From the NCBI GenBank assembly GCA_023299885.1, contig JALZUS010000018.1, positions 2,646 through 66,645 on the forward strand: 64,000 nt of DNA, read 5' to 3'. Below are positions 36,912 through 44,735 of this stretch, in pieces (position 1 is the stretch's first letter; each line of letters begins with the position of its first letter). This DNA is from Bdellovibrionales bacterium (GTDB lineage: Bacteria; Bdellovibrionota; Bdellovibrionia; Bdellovibrionales; UBA1609). The translations under genes were made by a program, and so were the position numbers. The notes beneath the pieces are model-generated. The model was given only the letters and a program-made list of their open reading frames with translations. It made no database searches and was not told where the DNA came from.

Positions 36912-39092
36912 CTACCTTAACTGGATAGTATTAAAACCATCTATAGATGAGCTAGATCCACCGCCACCCGATGATGGTGCAGGCTGTACTACAGGCGCAG
37001 TTATTCCAAGGCTTATACATCTTCCTACGAAAGATGAGTAAAATGTACCCGGAGCACATGTAATACTTGTTGGTATTGTCCCAGGTGAAATCGTAGCTGG
37101 TGAGATTCTTTCCGAAGAACACCTGTAATGAGTGGCTCTATCAGTAGAGTCATCATCTGTTTTCTGGTTCTGATAAATTAAGTCATAACAATGATAATCA
37201 CCATTATCTTTATGCACATTCACTCCTCTAAGAGCACCACTACGGTCTACTTCAGAAGAACGACATATATCAATAGACGCATCAACAAGCGTTACTGTTG
37301 ATTGGCCATCATCTTTACCACTATTGTTATGAGGAACGTTAAAGTTTCTTGTAGATAAAGCTTTATATCCAGCTCTGCTACATGCAGTTGCATACGAGTA
37401 GTCACCATTATTTCCAGACACCCATACGTATTTATCTACACATATGTTACCTTCTAAATTCTGCAAGCTTCCACAAATTGGTACACATCTTCCATCAGAA
37501 ACTTTTTCACCAGCTTCACATGTTAAACGCACAGTCCATCTGTAGTCTGATATTGCAATATTACCAGCTGAGTCTCTTGCAATAGCTCTGAATATGTAAA
37601 GGCCAGGCTCTAGTGCAGTATAGCTTTCAGCGCCAGAAACTACTGTTCCTGCTTCAGATGTTTTACAGTCTTCTTCATCTGTCCAAATTCCATTTGGACT
37701 TCTTAGGCGACAAACTAAGTTTGTTACTCTTACTTCATCTACTGCTTTTATAGTTATATTTGCAAAGTTATCATCTGTTGATACAGCAGGTCTTTCATTA
37801 ATTGTAATAACAGGCGCTGTAGTATCTGCAGGTGTAGGAGCTGGCTCATTTGGAACTGCAACAGCCACTGACACACATAAGCCTAAACTATTTAGCTCAT
37901 AACCTACAAAACACGAACTAACTTCACAAGCCCCATAAGCCGTACCATTACTATTACAAGTTCTTGAACCTAACCCGTTATTAACTGCACACAATTGATT
38001 GCTAGATGGCGCACAGACTTGATCGTTATATGAATGTTGTAAGCACTCTAATCCATTATTAAAAATAGCATGAGGATAAGTTCCATTAGAACAAGCCTCA
38101 TTGAAGTTTCCAGTTGCGGGTAATACTTCACATATAACTTGTTCACCCGCATACCCAATAATGTATTGGCCCGGGGCACATGTACCATTAAACCTATAAG
38201 CAGAATCTTCTAAATTTTTACAACTTGGAAGACCATTAACAACACCTACAGAGTAAGAGCCCGCCGGACAAACATGTGAGTCATTTTTTTGTGGCAATGG
38301 CTTACATACTAATTCACCATTGACTGCATCTAAGAATAATCCTGGAGAACAATTTTTAGTTCCTAAATTTTGCGTGCCAGTAAAAATTGTCTGACATATA
38401 ATTTGATTTTGACTTACACCTACATAAGCTTGACCTGCTGGACATAATGCATTGATTGGAGAAAAAACTATTTCTCTACAAACAGCCTCTTTACCATTAG
38501 CACCATCAATAATATCTATAAGCTCTTCATTACCAGGGCACTCAATATTAAGTTCAGTTTCTGTGCCAGGGCAAGCCACTAGTACTTCCATTTGAGGTCT
38601 GTTATCTAAATCAAAACCTAATAAATAATGTGAAAGTGAAGAACCCACTAAGCCAACATGAGAAGGATGACTTTGGCAAATTACAGAATTATTTACACCA
38701 ACAGAAATTAAATTTCTACCATTTGGACATAATGAATTGTTTGTGTTTCCTGCAAACTCACAATTTTTTAAACATTGTGCTGTATTGATTGCACCATCAT
38801 AATCGTAAAGTGTTTCACCCACTGGGCAAAGTTGACCTTCATGTGGGATTTTTTGTGCGCAAAGGACATTACCATTAACATCCACACCTACTGCCACCTG
38901 GTTTGATAAACAAAGGTTTGTGTTTGTCTGCACAACACCTGCATTGCTTTCCGTGGCTTCTACACCAAACTGAGCTTGGCCACAGTTATTATAAACAAAC
39001 GGAATTGTTAAAGCCATCATAACAAAACCCACATACATAATTTTCTTTTTAATAAACCCTGAGTTGTTATTTAAATATGATAATTTTCTCAT
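36912..39092 (-). CDS. Cysteine-rich modular surface lipoprotein (726 aa), paralog of the 1353-aa protein
   Basis: Leader ends IPFVYNNC-GQ. The N-terminal ~400 aa and the C-terminal domain are collinear with the larger paralog. It has one Ig-like module and one 5-Cys module. The tail is GGGGSSSSIDGFNTIQLR. Confidence 0.8.
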   Translation of the reverse strand: MRKLSYLNNNSGFIKKKIMYVGFVMMALTIPFVYNNCGQAQFGVEATESNAGVVQTNTNLCLSNQVAVGVDVNGNVLCAQKIPHEGQLCPVGETLYDYDGAINTAQCLKNCEFAGNTNNSLCPNGRNLISVGVNNSVICQSHPSHVGLVGSSLSHYLLGFDLDNRPQMEVLVACPGTETELNIECPGNEELIDIIDGANGKEAVCREIVFSPINALCPAGQAYVGVSQNQIICQTIFTGTQNLGTKNCSPGLFLDAVNGELVCKPLPQKNDSHVCPAGSYSVGVVNGLPSCKNLEDSAYRFNGTCAPGQYIIGYAGEQVICEVLPATGNFNEACSNGTYPHAIFNNGLECLQHSYNDQVCAPSSNQLCAVNNGLGSRTCNSNGTAYGACEVSSCFVGYELNSLGLCVSVAVAVPNEPAPTPADTTAPVITINERPAVSTDDNFANITIKAVDEVRVTNLVCRLRSPNGIWTDEEDCKTSEAGTVVSGAESYTALEPGLYIFRAIARDSAGNIAISDYRWTVRLTCEAGEKVSDGRCVPICGSLQNLEGNICVDKYVWVSGNNGDYSYATACSRAGYKALSTRNFNVPHNNSGKDDGQSTVTLVDASIDICRSSEVDRSGALRGVNVHKDNGDYHCYDLIYQNQKTDDDSTDRATHYRCSSERISPATISPGTIPTSITCAPGTFYSSFVGRCISLGITAPVVQPAPSSGGGGSSSSIDGFNTIQLR

Positions 39093-39154
39093 AATGATAT
39101 CCCTTCGCTAAGCACACAGGCCTGCAAATGTCATTTCGGGAAAAAGTGATCCAA

Positions 39155-39184
39155 ACTTAAACAGAAAATGTAATTTTATGAGAC
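39155..39184 (-). promoter_or_regulatory. Second copy of the bipartite motif GTCTCAT-N13-CTGTTTAAGT, upstream of the 726-aa paralog
   Basis: Plus strand reads ACTTAAACAG-AAAATGTAATTTT-ATGAGAC, about 65 nt upstream of the ATG at 39092. Confidence 0.45.
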
Positions 39185-39330
39185 CTTGGTCTACTGAGTA
39201 ATACAGCCAGCTTTTGCCTGCAATGTTTGACTGCCAACCAAGCCTTTTGAGAGAATCACTGTTGCAGAAATGTTACGAAATCAAAAATAGACTGAGACAC
39301 TCAATCTATTTAATTAAAAAGGAGAATCTC

Positions 39331-40875
39331 TTGAAATACATAAAAATAGGACTGTTAGCTTTATCACTACTTACAGTTAATACAGTACAAGCCAATGTTG
39401 TGGGCGCAGACACTCATAACTTTAACCCATTAGTTAACGGCATTGATTTTGTGACTGTTAAGTCATCTGAAACTTTAGATGCAGGCTATATTAACTTAGG
39501 AGCATTTATTGATTATTCAGTAAACTCGCTACCAACATACAACCAAACTGTAGGCGGCGTCTTACAAACTGTAGAGCCTGATGACAGCTTACTCCATTTA
39601 GACCTACATGCAGCTTTAGGTTTAACGAACTGGTGGGATATTGGTATTAATATTGCCAATGTTGTATCTCAAACAACTGAGCAAGAGCTACAAAATGGTT
39701 TTTTTGCTGATAAAGGATTAACAGATGTAATGCTTTATACAAAAATTAGGTTTTTAGGTAATGATAAAGGTGGAGCCGCTTTAGCTTTATCTGTTAATTT
39801 ACCACAAACTAAAAACTCTCCATTTTTAGGTTTAAACTCGCCCGCACCATCAGATGACTACAATCAAGACCCTATAATTAATATAGAGCTTGCTGTTGAT
39901 AAAGATTTTGGTAAGTGGTCTGCCGGCGCTAACGTTGGTTACAGAATGCGTAATCCAGGAAAAAACAAATCATCTATAGGAATTTTCAATGAAAGCAGCG
40001 CTGATGATGATGAAGTTACTCTTAACCCAGTCGGTGAGCAAATTTTAGCTTCTGCGGCACTTGCTTACAAAATGACTGATAAAACAAGAATTATTGGTGA
40101 GTACTTTACAAGTTTTTTAGCCGGCGACCCTGAAAACGTAGGCGGAACATCTAGCGGTACATCAAGCACTGAAGAGCAACTCTCTAAAACATTCACTACT
40201 GGAGAACTCTTACTTGGTTTAAGACATGACATTAAGCCCAACCTTCATTTGCATGCAGGCGCATCAACAGCTCTACAAGAGGGTACATCATCTCCAGACT
40301 ATAGAGTTTATGGTGGGGTTAACTACAGATTTGGTAAGCTTTGGGGTGGAGCCGTAGCAGCGGCAGCAGTACCGGTTGAAGAAATCGTAGAAGAAGTTAT
40401 CGAAGAGCCTTATGTAGAAGAGCCAGTAATAGAAGAGCCTATTGTTCAAGAGCCAATAGCTCCGGCACAACCAATTATTGCTGATGCTAATGACACTAAT
40501 GTTTTTGGCAATGCTCCATCACAAAAAGTTGAGATCTACAGCTTTAGAAACCTAAACTTCAGAACAAACTCTGCAAAGATTCCTTCTGAATTTAGAGCAA
40601 GGCTTTCTGAGCTGACTCAATATGTGAACCAATCGCCTGTTTTCCAAAGACTTATTGTACATGGACATACAGATTCTCGTGGTTCTAGCCAATACAATGC
40701 AGCTTTATCACAGCGTCGCGCCGATATGGTAAGAAGAGCCCTGACACAGGTTTATGGCCTACCCGCTGAAAAGCTTTCATCCATAGGCCATGGCGAAGAC
40801 CAACCTATTGCTGATAACGAAACTCCAGATGGCTTATTATCAAACCGTCGTGTTGAGTTTGAAATTTTCAGATAA
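39331..40875 (+). CDS. OmpA-family outer-membrane protein: N-terminal beta-barrel, acidic Glu/Pro linker, C-terminal OmpA peptidoglycan-binding domain
   Basis: I prefer the TTG at 39331, preceded by AAGGAG with a 7-nt spacer, giving the leader LKYIKIGLLALSLLTVNTVQA. The C-terminus carries NFRTNSAKI...HGHTDSRGS..YNAALSQRRA...NRRVEFEI (OmpA_C). The ORF-track start at 39214 adds 39 non-signal residues. Confidence 0.8.
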   Translation: MKYIKIGLLALSLLTVNTVQANVVGADTHNFNPLVNGIDFVTVKSSETLDAGYINLGAFIDYSVNSLPTYNQTVGGVLQTVEPDDSLLHLDLHAALGLTNWWDIGINIANVVSQTTEQELQNGFFADKGLTDVMLYTKIRFLGNDKGGAALALSVNLPQTKNSPFLGLNSPAPSDDYNQDPIINIELAVDKDFGKWSAGANVGYRMRNPGKNKSSIGIFNESSADDDEVTLNPVGEQILASAALAYKMTDKTRIIGEYFTSFLAGDPENVGGTSSGTSSTEEQLSKTFTTGELLLGLRHDIKPNLHLHAGASTALQEGTSSPDYRVYGGVNYRFGKLWGGAVAAAAVPVEEIVEEVIEEPYVEEPVIEEPIVQEPIAPAQPIIADANDTNVFGNAPSQKVEIYSFRNLNFRTNSAKIPSEFRARLSELTQYVNQSPVFQRLIVHGHTDSRGSSQYNAALSQRRADMVRRALTQVYGLPAEKLSSIGHGEDQPIADNETPDGLLSNRRVEFEIFR

Positions 40876-40901
40876 GACTTAATATATTTTAAATAACCTT
40901 A

Positions 40902-40930
40902 AAGGCGAGCTACACAGCTCGCCTTTTTTA
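40902..40930 (+). terminator. Rho-independent terminator
   Basis: AGGCGAGC-TACACA-GCTCGCCT followed by TTTTT. Confidence 0.8.
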
Positions 40931-40944
40931 ATTTATAAAAACCT

Positions 40945-41601
40945 ATGGAAAATAACCAAGAAATTTTAGTTAAGCACCTAAGCCAACCGCCCTCTTTAAG
41001 AAATGAAGAGTGGCACCACAAAGCTTTCGAGCTTATGGTCGACGCCAATGTTACAATAGAGAATGACGATCCTAAAGCAGGCCCCGATGGCATGCCTTAC
41101 ATGCTCGCTTCAATAAAAATAGACTCTAAAGAGCCCTGTCAAAAACTTTGCAGGTGGCTTTATGAAAAAGGAATTGGCCTTGTCGTTAACCCTCAAAAAC
41201 AAGATCCTGATTTTGTATTTTCTTATGGAATGATTTGGAGCTTTTTAGCTACAAATAGTTTCTTACCTAAAACTGCAGCTAGCGAAGAAGAAAAAAAAGA
41301 TATCGAAGTTACTCCTGGACAGCAATACTACTTTGGCGATTTAACTGATGATATTATCCCAAAAACCCCACGTGACTTAATAAAAGAATTTTTTAAGCAA
41401 TCAAAAATAATAACACCACAAGTAAAGCTTATGAGTGCTGACCAACAGTCTTTTGATATTTGTTTTTCTAGAGAAAGTCTTAACGGCCTTACAGAAAAAG
41501 AAGAAGCCAATCTTATGGAAAAATTATACTGGTTTATGCCCAGGCATTATTCTTTAGCTATTGTAACTGCCAAAGGCTTACCTGAGTTTTTAAACCTTTA
41601 A
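40945..41601 (+). CDS. Hypothetical protein
   Basis: 218-aa ORF with coding-like composition and no recognised motif. Confidence 0.55.
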   Translation: MENNQEILVKHLSQPPSLRNEEWHHKAFELMVDANVTIENDDPKAGPDGMPYMLASIKIDSKEPCQKLCRWLYEKGIGLVVNPQKQDPDFVFSYGMIWSFLATNSFLPKTAASEEEKKDIEVTPGQQYYFGDLTDDIIPKTPRDLIKEFFKQSKIITPQVKLMSADQQSFDICFSRESLNGLTEKEEANLMEKLYWFMPRHYSLAIVTAKGLPEFLNL

Positions 41602-41626
41602 TAAGTTTATCTGCTTGGTTTTAAAT

Positions 41627-41992
41627 CTATCTTGGCATTAAATCTGCGACACATTGGCGCCAGTACTCTGGAGCCTCTTCGCTAAATTTAACAATCACTT
41701 CAAAAACACCATTGCCCATATGTTTTGTTTCAAAGACTTCACCATCTAAGTCTAAATCCATACTTGGTATATAAAAGGCCACTTGCTCTCCAATAATAGA
41801 ATCCAAATTAAGATTATTTCTAAGGTCTGCTACAGTAATGTTTTCACGCTTAATAGTTAAAATTAAACCCTCTTCATTAAGCTCTCTTACTGCTGCTTGG
41901 TTAGCAACAACGACATAGTCGTGTAGTAATGTTATTTCAGAAATATGAATATCATAGTTACGTTTTAAATTTTCAAATCCCACAATCATCAA
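41627..41992 (-). CDS. Hypothetical protein
   Basis: 121-aa ORF with no recognised motif. Confidence 0.5.
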   Translation of the reverse strand: MMIVGFENLKRNYDIHISEITLLHDYVVVANQAAVRELNEEGLILTIKRENITVADLRNNLNLDSIIGEQVAFYIPSMDLDLDGEVFETKHMGNGVFEVIVKFSEEAPEYWRQCVADLMPR

Positions 41993-42157
41993 TCCTTTGT
42001 TGTTTTAATATTGAGCTTTTTATAATTGGCTCTTATTTCTACTTCTTGTTACACCTAGACTATCGGCAAGTTTTAAAAACAATAAAAGGAATTTATAAAC
42101 TAATTTTAATATATGAGGGCTTTTACAAGCATTATAATAAAACTGTTTCAATATAAT

Positions 42158-42192
42158 ACAAAAACACTCCGGTAATGTGACCAGAGTGTTTC
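42158..42192 (-). terminator. Rho-independent terminator downstream of nadA
   Basis: On the minus strand: AACACTC, a 14-nt loop, GAGTGTT, then TTTTG. Confidence 0.55.
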
Positions 42193-42226
42193 TATTAACT
42201 ATTCAATTTTTTAGTTTCAGACTTAT

Positions 42227-43168
42227 TTAATCCCAGTTAACTGGTTTACCAGCTGTGATATCCATCATTCTATCAAGCGGCAATCGAGCGCGTTCCATAA
42301 GTGCTGCATCAATTTCCACAGCAGGAGATAGCGTTTCTAAAGCCTGTTTAATTTTTTCAAGACTATTTAGCTTCATATAAGGACACTCATTACACGCACA
42401 AGAGCCTTCTGCCGGGGCCTGTATTAACGTCGCCGTAGGATTTCTTTTTTGCATTTCATGAAAAATACCTATTTCAGTAGCCACAATAAATTTTTGAGAA
42501 GGGTTATCTTCAACTTGCTTCAATAAGAATGACGTAGAACCAATAGCATCAGCATACTGTAAGATCTCTTCCATACATTCTGGATGGGCAATTACTTTTG
42601 CGTCTGGATGCTCTAGCTTTAATTGGTGTAATTTCTTTTCAGAAAATAAAACATGAACCTGACAAGAGCCTGGATATAAAATCATTTCTCTATTAAGTTT
42701 TCTTGATAACCAGCCGCCAAGGTTTTGATCGGGTGCAAATAATATCTGCTTATCTTTAGGAATGGCATTAATAATTTTTTCAGCATTACTAGAAGTACAT
42801 ATAACATCAGACAAGCTCTTTACATCTGCACTGCTGTTAACATAAGTAACACAGATAGCATCAGGATAAGACTCTCTCCATTTTTTAAATTTTTCATAAG
42901 GTGAATGATCTACCAATGAACAGCCGGCATTTAAATCAGGAACAAGTACTGTTTTTTCTGGAGAAAGTAATTTTACACTCTCACCCATAAATACAACACC
43001 CGCCATTAAAACAACTGGGTTGTCAGCTTCTTGGCCTTTTTGCGCTAATGACAAACTATCACCAACATAATCAGCTATATCTTGAATTTCACCCTCTTGA
43101 TAAAAGTGACCCAAAATAAGGGCATTATGTTTTTCTTTAAGTGCTTTTATTTCGTCTTTTATACTCAT
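42227..43168 (-). CDS. nadA: Quinolinate synthase
   Basis: 313 aa with the NadA three-fold pattern, the HFYQ region, AHPEC and the Fe-S cysteines (CSLV.., C..H, SCACNECPYM). Confidence 0.9.
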   Translation of the reverse strand: MSIKDEIKALKEKHNALILGHFYQEGEIQDIADYVGDSLSLAQKGQEADNPVVLMAGVVFMGESVKLLSPEKTVLVPDLNAGCSLVDHSPYEKFKKWRESYPDAICVTYVNSSADVKSLSDVICTSSNAEKIINAIPKDKQILFAPDQNLGGWLSRKLNREMILYPGSCQVHVLFSEKKLHQLKLEHPDAKVIAHPECMEEILQYADAIGSTSFLLKQVEDNPSQKFIVATEIGIFHEMQKRNPTATLIQAPAEGSCACNECPYMKLNSLEKIKQALETLSPAVEIDAALMERARLPLDRMMDITAGKPVNWD

Positions 43169-43758
43169 TATAAGCTTCCGCCTTTCATAAGTGTAATAAT
43201 ACTTTTTGACACAGATTTCAAAGATTCAAAGACAGCTTTACCCCTAATAGCCTCTGCTTCGAATTCAGCAGCATTATACTTATTTAAAACCTTGCTAAGC
43301 TCAGGCACGGGCATACTGTTTGGAAGCTCTCTTTTGTTATACTGGATAACATGAGGAATTTTTTTAAGCTCGTAACCCTGCTTCTGTAAGTTAAGCTCAA
43401 GGTTACTCATAGACTCTAAATTCTCTTCAAGTCTTTCTTTTTGTGAGTCCGCAACAAAAATAATTCCGTCTAAACCCTTAAGTATTAATCGCCTAGAAGA
43501 ATCAAAAACAACCTGCCCTGGTACAGAGTACAAATGAAAGCGAGCCTTAAAGCCTCTAATTTCACCAATACTCATTGGTAAAAAATCAAAAAAAACAGTG
43601 CGCTCTAAGTCTCCAGGGAGCTCAACAATTTCTGATTTATTTTCCCCATTTGTTTTTTCATAAATCCATTGGACATTAGTTGTTTTGCCACTTAATGAAG
43701 GACCGTAATACACAATTTTAAAATGTATCTCTTTGGTTTTATGATTTATAAAAGACAT
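43168..43758 (-). CDS. mglA: MglA-type Ras-like small GTPase
   Basis: 196 aa, near-collinear with Myxococcus MglA: MSFIN..., P-loop YYGPSLSGKTTN, FFDFLP, RFHLYSVPGQV, IQYNKRELP. It overlaps the nadA start by 1 nt. Confidence 0.88.
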   Translation of the reverse strand: MSFINHKTKEIHFKIVYYGPSLSGKTTNVQWIYEKTNGENKSEIVELPGDLERTVFFDFLPMSIGEIRGFKARFHLYSVPGQVVFDSSRRLILKGLDGIIFVADSQKERLEENLESMSNLELNLQKQGYELKKIPHVIQYNKRELPNSMPVPELSKVLNKYNAAEFEAEAIRGKAVFESLKSVSKSIITLMKGGSL

Positions 43759-43782
43759 TATTTATTTTCCGTTCTTAAAAAC

Positions 43783-44403
43783 TTAAAGGACAATTCTGTT
43801 TTCTAAAGCTTTACCTAATGTACGGTGGTCGACATAATCAATATGCCCACCAATAGGAACTCCATGCGCAATTCGGCTTACTTGTATATCAAATTCACTC
43901 AAAGCTTTTGCTAAGTATAAAGCTGTTGTGTCCCCTTCAAGGTTTGCATCCAATGCAAGAATAACTTCCTTAATAGGCTCTTCGCCATCAGTAGCCTGAC
44001 TTTTTATCCTACTTATTAGCTGCTTAATTCTTAAGTCGTCAGGACCAACACCATCTAATGGGTTAATAGCCCCGTGTAAAACATGATACCTGCCCTTAAA
44101 TGCTCCCGAAGACTCAAGCTGTTGAATATCTGCAGGATCTTCAACAACGCAAAACATATCATTACGGCGGTCAACATCGACACAATAATAGCAATCACCT
44201 TCGTTTTCTGTGTACGTATAACAAGTAGGACACTCATTAATGAGCTCTTTGACTTGTTTAATAGCTTCTCTGAATTCTTCTGTGAAATTATTTTTAGAGC
44301 GCAAAACATAATAAGCAAGCCTTTGAGCTGTCTTTTTACCAATTCCTGGCAACCTAGAAAAGGATTCAACTAGCCTTTCAAAGCTAGGGATTTTATCCAT
44401 CAT
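43783..44403 (-). CDS. recR: Recombination protein RecR
   Basis: 206 aa with an N-terminal HhH (LPGIGKKTAQRLA), a C4 zinc finger (CPTC...CYYC) and a Toprim domain. Confidence 0.92.
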   Translation of the reverse strand: MMDKIPSFERLVESFSRLPGIGKKTAQRLAYYVLRSKNNFTEEFREAIKQVKELINECPTCYTYTENEGDCYYCVDVDRRNDMFCVVEDPADIQQLESSGAFKGRYHVLHGAINPLDGVGPDDLRIKQLISRIKSQATDGEEPIKEVILALDANLEGDTTALYLAKALSEFDIQVSRIAHGVPIGGHIDYVDHRTLGKALENRIVL

Positions 44404-44732
44404 CCAAGTAAACCTGGCATAGACATGCCGCCTGTTACTTTATTCATTTCTTTATCAGAATACTCTTTAGCTGTTTTTAAAGCTTCGTTAGTTGCCACAA
44501 CAATCATATCTTGAAGCATCTCAACATCATCAGCACCAGAAACTACACCATCAGCAACAGTAATTGATAAAACTTCGTTCTTACCATTCACCTTTACTTT
44601 TACTGCATCACCGCTAGCGGCACCTTCAAATTCCATTTCCGCTAACTGCTCTTGGATTTTTTTCATTTTATTTTGCATTTGATTCGCTTGCTGCATTAAC
44701 TTCTGCATTCCGCCGCCGCCAAAACCCTTCAT
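44400..44732 (-). CDS. ybaB: YbaB/EbfC-family nucleoid-associated protein
   Basis: 110 aa. The MQKLMQQANQMQ...GAASGDAVKV pattern and the conserved position between dnaX and recR. Confidence 0.9.
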   Translation of the reverse strand: MKGFGGGGMQKLMQQANQMQNKMKKIQEQLAEMEFEGAASGDAVKVKVNGKNEVLSITVADGVVSGADDVEMLQDMIVVATNEALKTAKEYSDKEMNKVTGGMSMPGLLG

Positions 44733-44735
44733 TGA

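Noticed and set aside
32505-39092. Diversity-generating retroelement target hypothesis for the conserved C-terminal domains of the Cys-rich paralogs
   Set aside because: There is no reverse transcriptase gene in the window and no template-repeat copy. Differences between the two C-terminal DNA segments are not adenine-specific.
39214-39330. N-terminal extension of the OmpA-family ORF (MPAMFDCQPSLL...)
   Set aside because: The extension has no RBS and no signal-peptide character. The TTG at 39331 has an AAGGAG RBS and yields a canonical signal peptide.
44055-44373. ORFs 44055-44369 (-) and 44083-44373 (+) overlapping recR
   Set aside because: They are an alternative frame and the antisense of recR, whose zinc-finger and Toprim motifs fix the true frame.
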